Source: Lama glama (lineage: Eukaryota). Taken from it: 64,000 nucleotides of DNA. The notes beneath the pieces are model-generated. The model worked only from the letters and a program-made list of their open reading frames with translations, had not been told where the DNA came from and ran no database searches. The DNA lies in contig CM052817.1 in the NCBI GenBank assembly GCA_028534125.1, positions 89,592,001-89,656,000 of the forward strand. Reading direction: 5' to 3'. Within the stretch, counting starts at the first letter, position 1; the number at the start of each line of letters is the position of its first letter. Shown here one piece after another: positions 38,531 through 52,488 of this stretch. A program made the position numbers and the translations under genes.

Positions 38531-40939
38531 ATTAAGCTAAATAAATATCAAAATAATTTTTGTATAGTGACAAAAATCATTCAGAATAATTTTTCTCTTA
38601 TACTGAATGTGAATAAGTTATGCAAAATTTATGTTTTTAGTCATGATTTTATCTCAAATTTGTTGTGGTTTAATGAAATTGGTCCTAAAACTTCAGCATT
38701 TATTTTCTAAGATTTTTTTGCAATGTTTCTTATTGTTGTTGTCTATAAGTCATCCTTCAAAAGATATATTGATGTTTTACCTATTATACTTACCTAAAAC
38801 ATATTTGAAATTAGAGGAGTTACTCCAGAGGACAGCAAAGATTACTCAAGCATGACTTTATGCTATCTTTAATGAAAATAACATTAAGTTAAAGGCACAT
38901 TTACTAGAGTATATAAAATCTGCAGGGGATTAACATTAGACCCTAATCTAATTAAGACTGGATTAGTTTTTAAAAATACCAAAGCACTATATTGGGAACA
39001 AATAAATGAAAATATTTACAAGACGATATAAGCCTCAATGTATTTGTTTGGTTAAAAGACTCTCCTCTACTGGTAAATTTTATGGCCTCAATAATTAGGT
39101 ATAAGAAATCCAGATACCCATGATTTTTATATGACTTTAAGGAAACAGGTTCTGGACCTAAACCTCTAGGTCCACTAGAACTATTTGGTACTAAGTAGTT
39201 CTTCCTTTTTCAAGATTGACAAACAATTAAGAGTAATGTTCTTTGCTTTCATTGTAAACAAGTACTTTTGTTTCTGCATCATATACCAGTTTCAATACTG
39301 AAAAACAAGTTGCATATCCAGTTTTATTTTTATTGATAAGCTATATGGCAGGCTTGTTAGTTAAAACATAAAGGATCTGTGTGTCGGTGTCTGTGTGTAA
39401 TTTTTTAAAAAGCTGGAAGAAAATCTAAGCACTCTATTTTGTTAACCATCTTGATAGAAGAGGTATGGAATAAAAACACTTAGTCTCTACTAGGAAAATT
39501 ACTGTGCTTGTCAAAGTTTATTTAATACAAAAGTTTATGTTGCCATTTTTCATTATTTTAAAATATAACTAGAATGGGGAATGTCAGGATATACAATTAA
39601 ATCTGTACTCAGAATATTGATCTTGAAATAAGTATATGTGCAGGTTGAAGAATCAACAGCTAAGTGAAAATGGAGAGGTAATTAATTACTTCAGCTCTCT
39701 ACAAGTTTTGAAAAGTAAAAAGAAAATGTACTGGATTTCTCTATTGTCCTGTTAGCCAATAGCAAAGTGCTTACTCTCATCTCTTACTGCTTATTCAGAA
39801 GCTGGCAAAGTAATATGGTAGCTGGTGTGATTTCAGTCCTTGTGTTCTCAGAAACGTTTCTTTCATTCATTCAATTTTTTTTTCCAGTGGACGGCATTTT
39901 TTTTTAAAGGAGAAATGTAAAAAATCTTGTCACTCTCTAAAATGTGATTCTACTCCTACTGCTTAAATGTCTTGTAAATAAAAGGCATAAAAGTTAGACT
40001 GAGAAAAATTACATTGAAAGAATATTAATTTCTATTGAAATGTATTATCACATTTATTTTAACTTCATTGAAACAGGAATAAAACAGTATCTTGAAGAGT
40101 TTTCCTACAGTACTGTAAATAAAATAAAAATGACATAGTATGTCCATAATTTTCTAATACTTTAGCTGTCTTCAACTTATAAAGAAGCATAAAGTATGAT
40201 AAATTCTGACTTCAAGTCAAATTTACCTAGACTTTTGTGTAAGTATATGAGAGTAAAACACTGATATCTGAGGAAATTTAAACTGTTCTATGTTTCTTTA
40301 AATCCAAATATCATATTCCATAACTAATTGGCTTCTGAAGGGCCTCATTATGAAAACTGGAAACTAGATTTTCGAAAAGTTAACTTTTAGGAGTTTTTAA
40401 GTCTACAAAGTTCAACCAAACTGGATAAGAGAAAAATGTTTGCATTAATGATTTTAAAAACATGAACTTTCTCGCTATAGACATAGTCAAATTCCTCAGG
40501 GCACTTCTTTCTGTGGCCTCTTCTTGTCCATGCCTTCCCACATGTGCTTTTCCTTTGCTTAGGACTTCTTTTTTTTTTTTGCCCTCAACTAAAAACAATA
40601 TAAGTATCATGTGTTTCAAAGAATTTGAGAATAGTTGTACCAATTCTTATCTCTAGATACTCAATGAGCTTATATCTCAGATAATTTAAGTATGACTTTT
40701 GGATTATCTCCCTACTAATTATCTTACTCAAAGATCTTATTTGACTTGTTAGTTTCAGTGTCCTTATCTGTCTTAAATCATAGTTTGTTTTCTGAAAGGA
40801 CTAAATGAATAAATGTATGTAAAGTACATATCCCAATTTCTGGGATATAGCCTCATAAATTATTAATGTAACACTAACTTTGAGAAAATTTAAACAACAT
40901 TGGTTTGGATATTGAGAGCCATTAGAAGTTCACAGGATT

Positions 40940-41242
40940 GAGGACTGGGCAAAATGGGTGAAGGTGGTCAAAAAGAGTAAACTTCCATTATAAAATAAAG
41001 AAGTCATGGATTGTAATGCACAGCGTGGTGACTACAGTCAGTAATTCTGTATTGTATATGTGAGAGTTGCTAAAAGATTAGATCTTGAAAGTTCTCATCA
41101 CAAGAAATAAGTGTGTAACTATATATGGTAATGTTTGTTAACTAGACTTATGTGGTGATCATTTCACAATGAATACACATATCAAATCATTATGTTGTTC
41201 ACCTGAAACATATTATTATACATAATTATATCTCAAAAAAAA
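40940..41242 (+). mobile_element. L1MA9-like 3' end
   Basis: 'gggcaaaatgggtgaaggtggtcaaaag..gagagttgctaaaagattagatcttgaaagttctcatcacaag..tatctcaaaaaaa'. Confidence 0.8.
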
Positions 41243-41294
41243 GGTTCATAGATGCATCCCTTGAACTATAGTGCTCTCTTTCAGAGATACTTAT

Positions 41295-41760
41295 TGTGGC
41301 AGATACTGGTAGTTACCTATCCCATATCTCTTCTCCCCATTTTCTTTACTATGAGAAGGATGATTTAATTTTTACTTTCAGTGAAAATACCTGGGCACCT
41401 GATTCCTTTATAGTTAGAAGTGTCTGTGTGACACTGGCCTTAACACTGCCATAAATGACAGTCACAGGAGTAGAGTGGGGTGGGAGAGGTTGCTCTCTGA
41501 AAGCCTTCTAAAGGGGTACTGGCTTGTGTAGCTGGCCTCTTTAATCTTTTCCTACTTAACTTTTCTTTCTGCAAGGGAAATTCTTGCAGACATGAGAATG
41601 ATAAATCAACATTAAAAATGATGAACTGGTAATATAGAAAAGTCTTGAGGTATTTTTTACTTCACTGGGCTACTGCATCACCTCTGGACTGCTTGCATTC
41701 CAACTTTTCAAGTTATAAACATAAAACCCTCTATATTTAAGTGCTGTTTTTCTGGTATTT
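41295..41760. mobile_element. Old MLT1 (J/K-like) LTR
   Basis: Begins 'tgtggcagatactggtagttaccta..'; degenerate MaLR phrases throughout. Confidence 0.5.
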
Positions 41761-42789
41761 ACATGCAGATCAAGAAAACTGCTCTCTACAATTTTCAAAG
41801 TAGACTGTAGATGCATTCTTGTACTTCCACAAAGTTATACTTGCCCCCAAATCCCAGTAGGGATATCTTTAAAAAACAAATAAACTCACATAAACCCTGT
41901 AGTTAACATTAACATTAGGTTTGTTTCTTTTTTAGATAAAGGCATAATGACTATCAAAAATTATATATATTCATATGTGTTGGTGTGTGTGCAACAAATT
42001 TCACTCAATTATTTCACAGAAAAAATAAATTCATTTTACACATGTATCATTGAATCTACTTTTCAATTCTTTGCCATTGTACACTAAATCTCTATGCTTT
42101 TTGCTGAAACAGCAACAAATTAATGTTTCAATTTTAATAGTAAAAGATCTTTATAAGGAAATATAAGAATATTTTAGAATTATTCACAGAATAAAAGTAT
42201 GACCCAAATCTTCGAATTTATTTTACTTTGATATGTATTTATTTCACTTTGATAAAACTTTTAATTGTGTACCATATTTTACATCTCTCAGCTGTGACGT
42301 GTTTGCAGTGCAGGAGAAGTAGTATTCTTCTGACAACATGGCTGTTGTGCAGGAAAATTAGCATCACATATGAGTTGTGTAAGTCAAAATAGCAAAAAAA
42401 AAAGTATTTTGAATTAAATACAATATGTTCTGCTAAAGAATAAAATGATATATTTTGATCAAGCCTTGAGGAAAAAAACAAGCAAATCCATTTTAACTTT
42501 AAAAACATATCTCAATAATATTGTCTTCTTTATTGTATAAATCATCCTGCAGATTTTTCTTAAAACCACATTTAAACAGAGAAAGAAACTACATGTGCAT
42601 ATACCTTTTCCTAGTTTATTACTGATAGTAGTTAACCTCTGAATGTGCTAATTTTTATCAAAAATATTTGAGAGGAAATTATATGTTTATAGATGCAAAA
42701 CATAAAATAATTCACCAGGGAATACAATTGTTTTTACCCCTTTTGAAATTACAGAAGGGTTTTAATAGTATTCCTGTATCATTTTGTTC

Positions 42790-43250
42790 TTTTTTTAAAA
42801 TAAAATTTTATTTTAGAACAGTTTTATATTATAGACAAGTTACAAAGTTAGTACAAAGTTCCTATATACCCCACCTTCCTGCTTTCCCAATTAACATCAT
42901 ATCTCATTATGGTATGTTTGTCATTACTAATGAACTAATATTTATACATTATTATTAAGTTCATATTTAATATGAATTTCCTTAGCTTTTAGATAATGTG
43001 TTTGTTTTGTTCCAGAATCCTACTCAAGATGCAACATTATATTTAGTCATCATGTCTCCATAAAATTTTCTCAGACTTTTGGATAAGCTTAGCTGTTTAA
43101 AGGAGTACTGATAAAAGTATTTTATAGACTGTCCTTCAGTTTGGGTTGGTGTGATCTTTTTTTCTCAGTATTAGACAAGGCTTACGGGGTTTGGGGGAGG
43201 AAAATCAGAGGTAAAGTTTCATTCGTTCTCATCTTACCATATCAATGGTA
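42790..43250 (-). mobile_element. L1MC-family 3'UTR fragment
   Basis: 'ttttattttagaacagtttta..agtacaaagttcctatatacccc..atggtatgtttgtcattactaatgaac'. Confidence 0.7.
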
Positions 43251-43254
43251 CATG

Positions 43255-45258
43255 CATGCTATCTATGAACAACTATTTGCCAATAAAATGGACAACCTAG
43301 AAGAAATAGGCAATTTCTTAGAAAGGTATAATCTCCCAACATTGAGCTAAGAAGAAGTAGAAAATATGAACATACCAATTACCAGTAAGGAATTTGAATC
43401 AATAATTTAAAAGTTCCCAACAAACAAGAGTCCAGGACCAGATGGCTTCACAAGTGAATTCTATAAAACATTTAGAGAAGAGTTAACAGCTTTCCTTCTC
43501 AAACTATTCCAAAAAAATTGCAGAAGAAGGAACACTTCAGAACTTATCCTACGAGGCCAGCATCATCTGATATCAAAATCAGACAAAGACATCACAGAAA
43601 AGAAAATTACAAGTCAATATCACTGATGAACATCAATGCAAAAATTCTCAACAAAATACTTGCAAATCAAATTCAACTATACATTAAAAGAATTATACAC
43701 TATGACCAAGTGGGATTTATTCCAGGGATGCAAGAATTTTTCAATATCCACAAATCAATCAATGTGATACACCACATTAAAAATGAAGAATAAAAACCAT
43801 ATGATCATCTCAATCGATGCAGAAAGATCTTTTCATAAAATTCTAACATTCTTTTATGATAAAAACCTCCTCAGAAGGTGGGCATAGAGGAAACATATCT
43901 CAACGTAATAAAAGCTATTCATGACAAATCCACAGCTAGCATCATATTCATCAATGAAAAACTTAAAGCATTTCCTGTAAGATTAGGAACAAGGCAAAGA
44001 TGCCCATCCTTGCCACTTCTCTTCACCATAGTATTGGAAGTCCTAGGCATATCAACCAGACAAGAGAAAGAAATAAAAGGAATCCAAATTGGAAAGGAAG
44101 AAGTAAAACTGTCACTGTTTGCAGATGATATAATACTGCATGTAGAAAATCCTAAAGATGCCACCAGAAAACTACTTGAGGAATTAGAAAAAAACAAACA
44201 AAGCCGAAAGTCAGTAGAAAGAAGGAAATAATAAAGAGCAGAGGAAATAAATAAAATAGAGACAAAAAACAGAAAATATCGATAAAATCAAGGGCTGTTT
44301 TTTTTTAAGCTAAATAAAATTCATAAGCCTTTAGCCAGGCTCATCAAGGAAAAAAGGAAACAACCCATTGTCACAGAGATACAAAAAATTGTAAGAGAAT
44401 ACTGTGAACAATTAACGCCTACAAATTAGACCACCTAGAAGAAATGGACACATTTCTAGAAACATATAATCATCTAATACTGAATCAGGAAGAAATAGAC
44501 AATCTGAACAAACCAGTCTCTAGTAGTAAAATTGAATTTGTAATTAAAAAACCCCTAGCAAGCAAAAGTCCCTAACAGGATGGCCTCACAGGGGAATTCA
44601 ATCCAACATAAAAAGAAAAAGTAATATCTATCTTTCTCTAAGTATTCCAAAAAGTATTAAGGATAAAAATTATATAATCATCTCAATAGGCTCAGACAAA
44701 ATTCAACAGCTACTCATGACAAAAACTCTCATCAAAGTTGGAAAAAAGGGAAACTGTCTCAAAATGATGAAGGCCATTTTTGACAAACTCACAGCTAACA
44801 TCATATTCAGTGGTGAAAAGCTAAAAGTTTTTCTTCCAAAATTACCAGCAAGACAAGGATGCCCACTTTTGCCAATTCTATTTAACACAATATTGGAAAT
44901 TCTAGCCATATCAATAAAATAAGAGAAAGAAATAAAAGGCATATACATTGAATGAGTAGACATAAAACTGTCACTGTTTGCAGATGACATAATACTATAT
45001 AAAAAAACCCCTAAGGTCTCCACCAAAAAAACTATTAGAACTAATAAATGAATTCAGAATAGTTGCAGGATACATGAATAGTGTAAATAAATCTGTTGCT
45101 TTTCTATACACTAATAATAAACAATCAGGAAGAGAAAACAAGAAAACAATTCCATTTAACATCACATCAACAAATGACTGAATAAAAAAGATGTGGTATA
45201 CACAACACTGTAAACTGACTATACTTCAATAAAAAAATACATATACCAAAAAGATGTA

Positions 45259-45293
<35 letters not shown>

Positions 45294-46750
45294 CAATGGA
45301 ATTTTTCTCAGCCATAAAAAAGAATTAAAGAATGCCATTTTCAGCAACGTGGATGGACCTAGTGATTATCATATTATGTGAAGTAAGACAGAAAGAAAGA
45401 TATCAGATGATATCACTTATCTGTGGAATCTTAAAAAAAAAAAAAGATACAAATTCTATTTAAAAACCAAAAAAAAAAAAGACTCACAGGCATAGAAAAC
45501 AACCTATGGTTACCAAAGTGTGGGGCAGGGATAAATTAGGAGTTTGGGATTGATAGATACGTATTACTATATATAAAACAGATAAACAACAAGGATCTAC
45601 TATACAGCACAGGAAACTATATTCAATTTCTTGTAATAATATATGATGTAAAATAATCTGAAAAATATATGTATGTACATGTATAACTGAATCACTTTAT
45701 TGTATACCTTAAATTAACATTGTAAATCAACTACACTTTAATTTAAGAAAGATCTTTTAAATCACATTAAAAAGACTAAAATCCCTAGGAATAAACTTAA
45801 CTAATGATGAGAAAGACCTATACTTTGAAAACTGTAAACCACTGACCAATGAAATTGAATATGATACCAAAAAATGGAAAGATATTTCATATTCATAGAC
45901 TAGAAGAAGTAATATTGTTAAAATGTCCATACTACCCAAAGCAATTCACAGATTTAATGCAGTCTCTATCATAATATCCATGACTTTTTTTACAGAACTA
46001 GAAAAAAAAATCCTAAAATTCATATGGAACTAAAAACAACTTTGAATAGCCAAAGCAATCTTGAGAAAAAAGTACAAAGCTGGAGGTATCACACTCCCAA
46101 ACTTCAGACTATACTACAAAGCTACAATAATTAAAACAGTAAAGCACTGGCACAAAAACAGACAAATAGATCAATATAGCAGAATATAGCCCAGAAACAA
46201 GCCCATGAACCCATGATCCATTAGTCTACGACAAAGGAGGCAAGAAAATACAATAGAGAAAAGACAGTCTTCTCAATAAGCAGTGCTGGAAAAAATAACT
46301 GCATGTAAAAGAGTGAGATCAGACCTTTACTCACAGCATGTACAAAAATAAATTCAGAGTGGATTAAAAACTTAGATGTAAGACCAGAAACCATAAAACT
46401 CCTAGAAGAAAACATAGGCAGAACCCTCACTGACATAAGTTGTAGAAATATTTTTTGGATCTGTCTCCTAAGGCAAAGGAAACAAAACCAAAAATAAACA
46501 AATGGGACCTAATTAATCGTAAAAGCTTTTGCACAGCAAAGGAAACTGTCAACAAAATAAAAAGACAACCTATTGAATGGAATATAAATATTTGCAAAAA
46601 TATTTGCAAATATATGACCAGTCAGTGGTTAATATCCAAATTATATAAAAAGCTCATAAAACTCAATACAAAAAAACAAACAATCCAATCAAAAAATGGG
46701 CAGAAGACCTGAATAGACTTTTTCCAAAGAAGATATACAGATGATCAATA
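43255..46750 (+). mobile_element. Composite of L1 ORF2 segments with nested L1 3' ends
   Basis: RT motifs occur twice ([10 protein letters not shown] at ~44110 and [11 protein letters not shown] at ~44970); the sequence jumps back at ~44178; a nested L1 3' fragment sits at 45171-45754. Confidence 0.85.
45260..45290. repeat. (TG)n microsatellite
   Basis: Read directly from the sequence. Confidence 0.95.
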
Positions 46751-46855
46751 CTCCTAAAATTATCTACAGAGTCCCTATTTCTGGTTCCCCATTATCCTCC
46801 TTATGTCTATCCCACAGCAATAATCTTAAACTATTATTCATGCATTATATGTCTG

Positions 46856-46960
46856 TAAGGTGACTGTACAATTTACCATACAAACCAGGACACGTTCCAG
46901 AGTGGAAGGAGCTGTTATCAATAATTTTGCCAAGACAACAAACATAAACCAACACTATTT
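46856..46960 (+). mobile_element. MER81-like hAT-Blackjack MITE (partial)
   Basis: 'taaggtgactgtacaatttaccatacaaaccaggacacgttccagagtggaagg..aataattttgccaagacaaca'. Confidence 0.65.
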
Positions 46961-49900
46961 TATCTAAAATTTATACAATAACTTTCTTATAATAGTGATG
47001 ATAGTACAAATTTTACAATATTTACTAATTAAAAGTTGCCACTTGACAATGTGACACAGTTATTTGTTGACTAGTTAGAGATACAAATTCACAACTATCC
47101 AGAAAAGGCTGTGCTCCTTCTGTAGCAAAATGAAGTATTGCCCAGGGTATTTGGTAAAAGGAATACACCTAAATCTATCAGTCATTCAGTCTTGTTAATT
47201 AACATTCTTTTCTACACATATAACCTTTACAAAATAAGAAAATAAATTTTATATGTATCATTATGACAATGAGATATGTATCCACAGCTTCTCAGTTTTG
47301 ATTTTAAATTGTAGGCTTTTTTCTCTTCACAGGTAACATTGTTCTAAAATGTGAAACTAGCAATATATTGTGAATTAGTTTAAAAAAAATAAGAAGGCCC
47401 TTTTCTGAGTTGCTTTCCACTGGAGTCACTGTAAAGACATACAATGATGGGTGGAAACATCTTACACACCCAATATCAGAGTACTGCATTAAATAAATCT
47501 CATAAGAAATCATAATATTACTTATGCAATTTATTTATGCATTTATAAATTATAATACATAAGTCATTTTGTATTTATTAATTTGTTTATACATTACATC
47601 ATGTTCCAGTAGAAGATTTAAATTTGAAAAAGATAAAAAAATGTGAAAATAATACATATCTAATTTGTGGTCCTGGCAATAACTTGGCTTAAATTACTTA
47701 TAGAATAAGTGACAAAAAATTATTTTTGGAATTGGATATTTTCAGATATTTTTTACTGCTGATGCCTTTGTGTGTGTGTACGTGTGCAGTGTGTGCCTGC
47801 CTGCATATCAACCTGAGACCGACAATACAGTATTATGCACAGTCTTGTAATATCTGACTTACATGTATGCTATCATCTCAAGAGCTTAATAAACATGCTA
47901 ATATACTAATATACTAAATAAGTATTTGTTGTATTGAATTGAGTTGACTCTAGAAAGAAAAAATAAAAGCAGTATCATAATTGAGTATCACTTTGTTTCA
48001 GATAAAAATTCAATATGTTAACATTTTATGTATCTGCCCTAGTATCACAAAGAATTTTAAAAATGCTAAATAACTTATTCTAATTTAGTAGATGATTTCT
48101 AACTCCTTAGAACTTAAAGTAATATAACTTTATAATTATTTATAAATGCTCCTAGAATCTTAAACTTTATTGAGACTCTAGTGGTTGAAGCTAAAATTCC
48201 TCAAGCTATAGGTTATCTAAAATTTATAAACCACATTTATCCCTAATGAGTATTACTAAAATGTACATCATTCTATGATAAACTTCCATGATTCATTTTA
48301 ATTAAGAAATATATTGTGAATGACACAATCAAATATCTCCATGTATTTTCATTGGACGTGTCTCCTAGAATTATACTTGTTTGTATTATTTCATAATAAT
48401 TTGTCAGAAAAATGGCATGTGCTTAAGTTACATGAATTTAATTGTACACAGATTACCAGAAAAATACTAAAGAATTATTTTAACCTTTAAAAGCAGCTGC
48501 TTTCCAAAGACTTCAAATGTTATCATGTTAAATGGTAGTTTTATGTATGCACTGGGAGAACAGCGAAGTTGCCATGTGTAATTTATTCAAGAGTCTGGCT
48601 GATTATATTCTTGCTAGGTTTAATCAGATAGCTGATGAGTAAAATTACTTTAAAATATTCTCTATAGAATGTGTGGAAAATTCTTCATTGCAATGAGTCT
48701 ATTATTCATGGTGAGGAAAAGTAATAAACCAACATTTTCATAAAGAGTGCAGTAATGTAAACATTTTACATAGCCCAACTATTTTTTATCAATTTATTCT
48801 AAAGAAATGTTTTTTCTAAAATCCGTAATTTGTGTGACAAACATGGTGGGCATGCTCTGTATGTCTATGAATCAGCACAGTTTGCTTGGAACTTAGAATA
48901 GCTCTGAGTTCTACAGAGAAAAGTAGCTATAAGGAGTGCTTTCTAGATCTTGGGTCCCAGAACATTAATTGTGGGCAGAAGCTGCTACTGCCCCTGCCTG
49001 TGCCAAGGAGGTATGGGGAAAGCCTTTCAGTTCTGTTGCTCTGGAAAGATTCTTTATCACCAGACCAAATCCCACACCTCCATACGCTTTATCCATAGAC
49101 TATGAATTTTAAGACTTGAAATACACTACACATCTTTTCTTTCAAGTTTTAGGCTGTGTTTTTCTCCATCAACTCATATTGGGCTAAGTTCTACTTAAAG
49201 AAATTATGATAAGTTCCTTGTTACATAACTACAAATGATTTATTCTCCACTTAAAATATCTTGTGTGTGTATGTATGTGTGTAAGAATGTGATTCGAACA
49301 GGAAGTATTGGCTTAGTCCACCATCTTTCTTCATTATTTACTTGCTGCCCCAGACATAAATATATAGTTTAGATACACCCATATATACATACATTCATAC
49401 ATAGGTGACTGGATAATCAAAGATACTGCTAGAATAATAGCTGTCAGTTATATTATCAACAGAAATAATTTCTTTAGGGGACCAATGTGTTGACTAGTGA
49501 TGCTCCAGTTATTTCTCCTGTCTATACAACAAATTATGCTATTAATAAAAGGAACTTTTTAGATTTTTTTTTACTAACAAGTTTGTTTTAAATCTCTACT
49601 TAAAAACCTCAAAAACAAAAATGAGATTTCAAGCATTCAAGGGAATTACAATTAAGCTTTCTAAATCAGAAATTGCCTGTAAAAAGTAAATTTGATAAAG
49701 AAGTTCTACAATTGAGTTTCAGATGACTGCTACTAAGGAATCCTTTGAAGGGAGTGATATTTGGTAGCAAAGAAAGGACAGCTTCTTAGAATAAGAGGGC
49801 TTGAGTTTGATGAATCTGTAGTAGTAGGTACTTGAGAAATTTTTTTTTACATGACTAAATGAAAGCAGTATTTTAGTAAACTCTCCCTCTATTAGCAAAA

Positions 49901-50069
49901 TCTAATTTTGATTACTATATATTGACTCCCAATCTCAAAAAATGTAATGGTCTAGTACATAATTATGGTCATACCCATTTGTACATTCAAGGTAACTGAT
50001 AAACAAGAAGCTGTATGACTTGCCCAGTATGGTACAGCTACCCTCAAGCCACCAGCCATCTAGAAAAGC

Positions 50070-50300
50070 AGAGTAGCATAGGAATTAAGATCACAGAATC
50101 TGAAACCAGCCTCCTACATTAGAATTTCTGTGTCTTTCTCATAAACTTCAAGTACCTCGGCAAGTTACTTAAACTTTGTGGCTCTGTCTTCCCACAAGGG
50201 AAAGTGTATTAGAAGTACCTAATCCCAAGGTTGTAGTAAGGATTAAATATTATGAATTAATAAATGTAAAACAGTGTAATATATGAGCTTTTTATTATTA
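50070..50300 (+). mobile_element. MIR SINE
   Basis: 'cctcggcaagttacttaaact..gtacctaatcccaaggttgtagtaaggattaaat'. Similar decayed MIRs occur at ~51000-51190, ~53335-53560 and ~54170-54390. Confidence 0.65.
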
Positions 50301-50798
50301 TTAGTCTGAGATTAAGATTTTAGGCCAGATGCATATACATTTTAGCCTAATTTTATGCTACTCCTACCACATGAATGTTTTGCATTATTACTCTCCTCTG
50401 AACTATCAGTAGTCACCCTCAGTTTCTCAGTCTTAGTGAAGTGAATATCTGACAGATCACTTCTATGCTTAAAAGATTTTGCTCTCTCTTATCGGAAAAT
50501 GAATCTATATCTCCTTTTCCACTGCCCATAAACATGTCTTCTTTTTGTTGTTTTCAACATTCCATCCACCCCTCTTTTTTTTTTTAACTGGATTAGCCAA
50601 CTTCTTGTTTGCTCCTAATCTGCATGTTATCTCCTCCAGCATGCCTTCTTTAATCCACTCAATCCAGCTGGGTCTTTGACTGGTCTTCTAGTCTTTTACA
50701 TTCTCATAAATCTGCATGCACATCATACAAATTCCTAGTACATCTGTTGGTCTTTTCTAACATACTGTAAGATTTTTCAGGGCTGGAGCTGTTTTTAG

Positions 50799-50803
<5 letters not shown>

Positions 50804-50836
<33 letters not shown>
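50804..50836. repeat. (TG)n microsatellite
   Basis: Read directly from the sequence. Confidence 0.9.
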
Positions 50837-51829
50837 TTACACCCAAGTCCTAAAAGGGTCTAGGACAGATCTAGCTTTTGTTGTGTTAGTTGTATCCGTA
50901 AATTTATGTGTTTTACTTGCTAAAAACATATAACCTCCAGAATAAAGTAACTTATTCCACAGAAAGTTACCCTATAAGCAGTTTAACCTTAGCTTGCGAT
51001 GTATAGTGACATTAATGATATGTCTGAAGTCAGAAGACCCTAGCCTTACCATTTATTAAATGTATAATTTTGTAAATGTTACTTAAACCTTTAGAGCCCC
51101 AGATAATTCCAGTAAAAAATGTTAATAACTACTCTGAAGAGTTATTATACAGATAAAAAAAAATAATATGATAAAGCAAATAACTTAATGCAGAGTTGTA
51201 GGGATTTTTGAATAAAATATAATGAAATCTGAAATTTACTATGAATAATCAACAACATAAATTATTTGCAGGTGTAAAATTTAGAAGATACATATTTTAC
51301 TAACCTTTTATATCATATCTTTAAATTCATATTATTGCTTTATGTTTCTACCTTTATCATTAATATTTAGTGTACTAACTTGTATTATTTAGTAATTTAA
51401 TTTACAGGGAGTTATATAATAGCTTCCAGAATTACATTTTAATATTACTCATACTTTCATGAGTATGGGCAAAACAAAGTGACATTTGTGGATTGCAATA
51501 ATAAAATAAAATGATATAATTCACTACCAAAAAAAGTTCAGGACAATTTAAGATAAAAATTCTGATGTCAGTAATTTGGAAAGCAAACTCTTATTCACAT
51601 AAAAAAGAAGCAATCATTTGTGTGTAAATGATTAATGAAATATCTGACTACTAAAGTGTAATCATAAAATAGCTGATGAATAAAATTCTTATGTAATAAC
51701 TCTAGCAAATGCATGTTATTTTGTAACTACAAATTTTTGCTGATTCTCTAGTGGCTAAACATAGAGTGAGAGCTTATGATATATTTATACTTCCTAGATT
51801 CATGAGCAATTTTTGTTTTCTCACTATAT

Positions 51830-52488
51830 TGTTAAGCAGAAGAAAATTAAGCATTAAAATATGTCTGATTCCGCTTTTTATAATTTGCTTGATTCTAGTT
51901 TCATTCTTGCTGTTTGTGCAGGCAGATAGCTAGATACAGGCACAGAAAGGGGGACACAGGCCAAAGGGCAGCAAACCATACATCTTGTGAACAAAGGGGT
52001 TCTTGGGCAGACAAAGAAAAGCAGGACCCTCCAGACTGACAGGAAACCACACATTTTGATGTGATAAAAGTCCTGGAGGCAGACAAAGGAAGGTGGGAAA
52101 AAGCAGGAATCTCTGGCTTCAGAATGTAACTTTGGGATCATTCCACACTGCAATAAAATTAGCCTTGCAGGTAAGAAGTAACCATCATGTACTGACACCA
52201 TGACACTTCCCATCCAGACTAAATAAGGACAAAAATCTCTCCTCCCCTCAGGAAGGTGGAGGTGGGATGAAAAGAAGGAAATATAATGGAAAACCACTCC
52301 CTCTCCAATGAATATTCCACCCATTCACTGTTACATCCTATATTACCAGCTTGCCAAAGAAACTCAGGGCAGTTACTCACCTGCATCTCCCTGCTCCCTA
52401 TCACTTAACAAATTCTCATTTTACTTTCCTGACCTCTGTGTCTCGTCTGTGAATTCTTTCTGTGACAAGAATCTCTTCTTTGGTAACA
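51830..52488 (+). mobile_element. Probable ERV solo LTR (family not identified)
   Basis: TGTTA.. start and ..GGTAACA end; higher GC than the flanks; pyrimidine-rich U5-like end ('gtctgtgaattctttctgtgacaagaa'). TSD not clear and the left boundary is uncertain. Confidence 0.6.

Noticed and set aside
42291..42377. Plus-strand exon-like segment (ctctcag|...|gtaagt)
   Set aside because: No recognisable peptide and no partner exons found.
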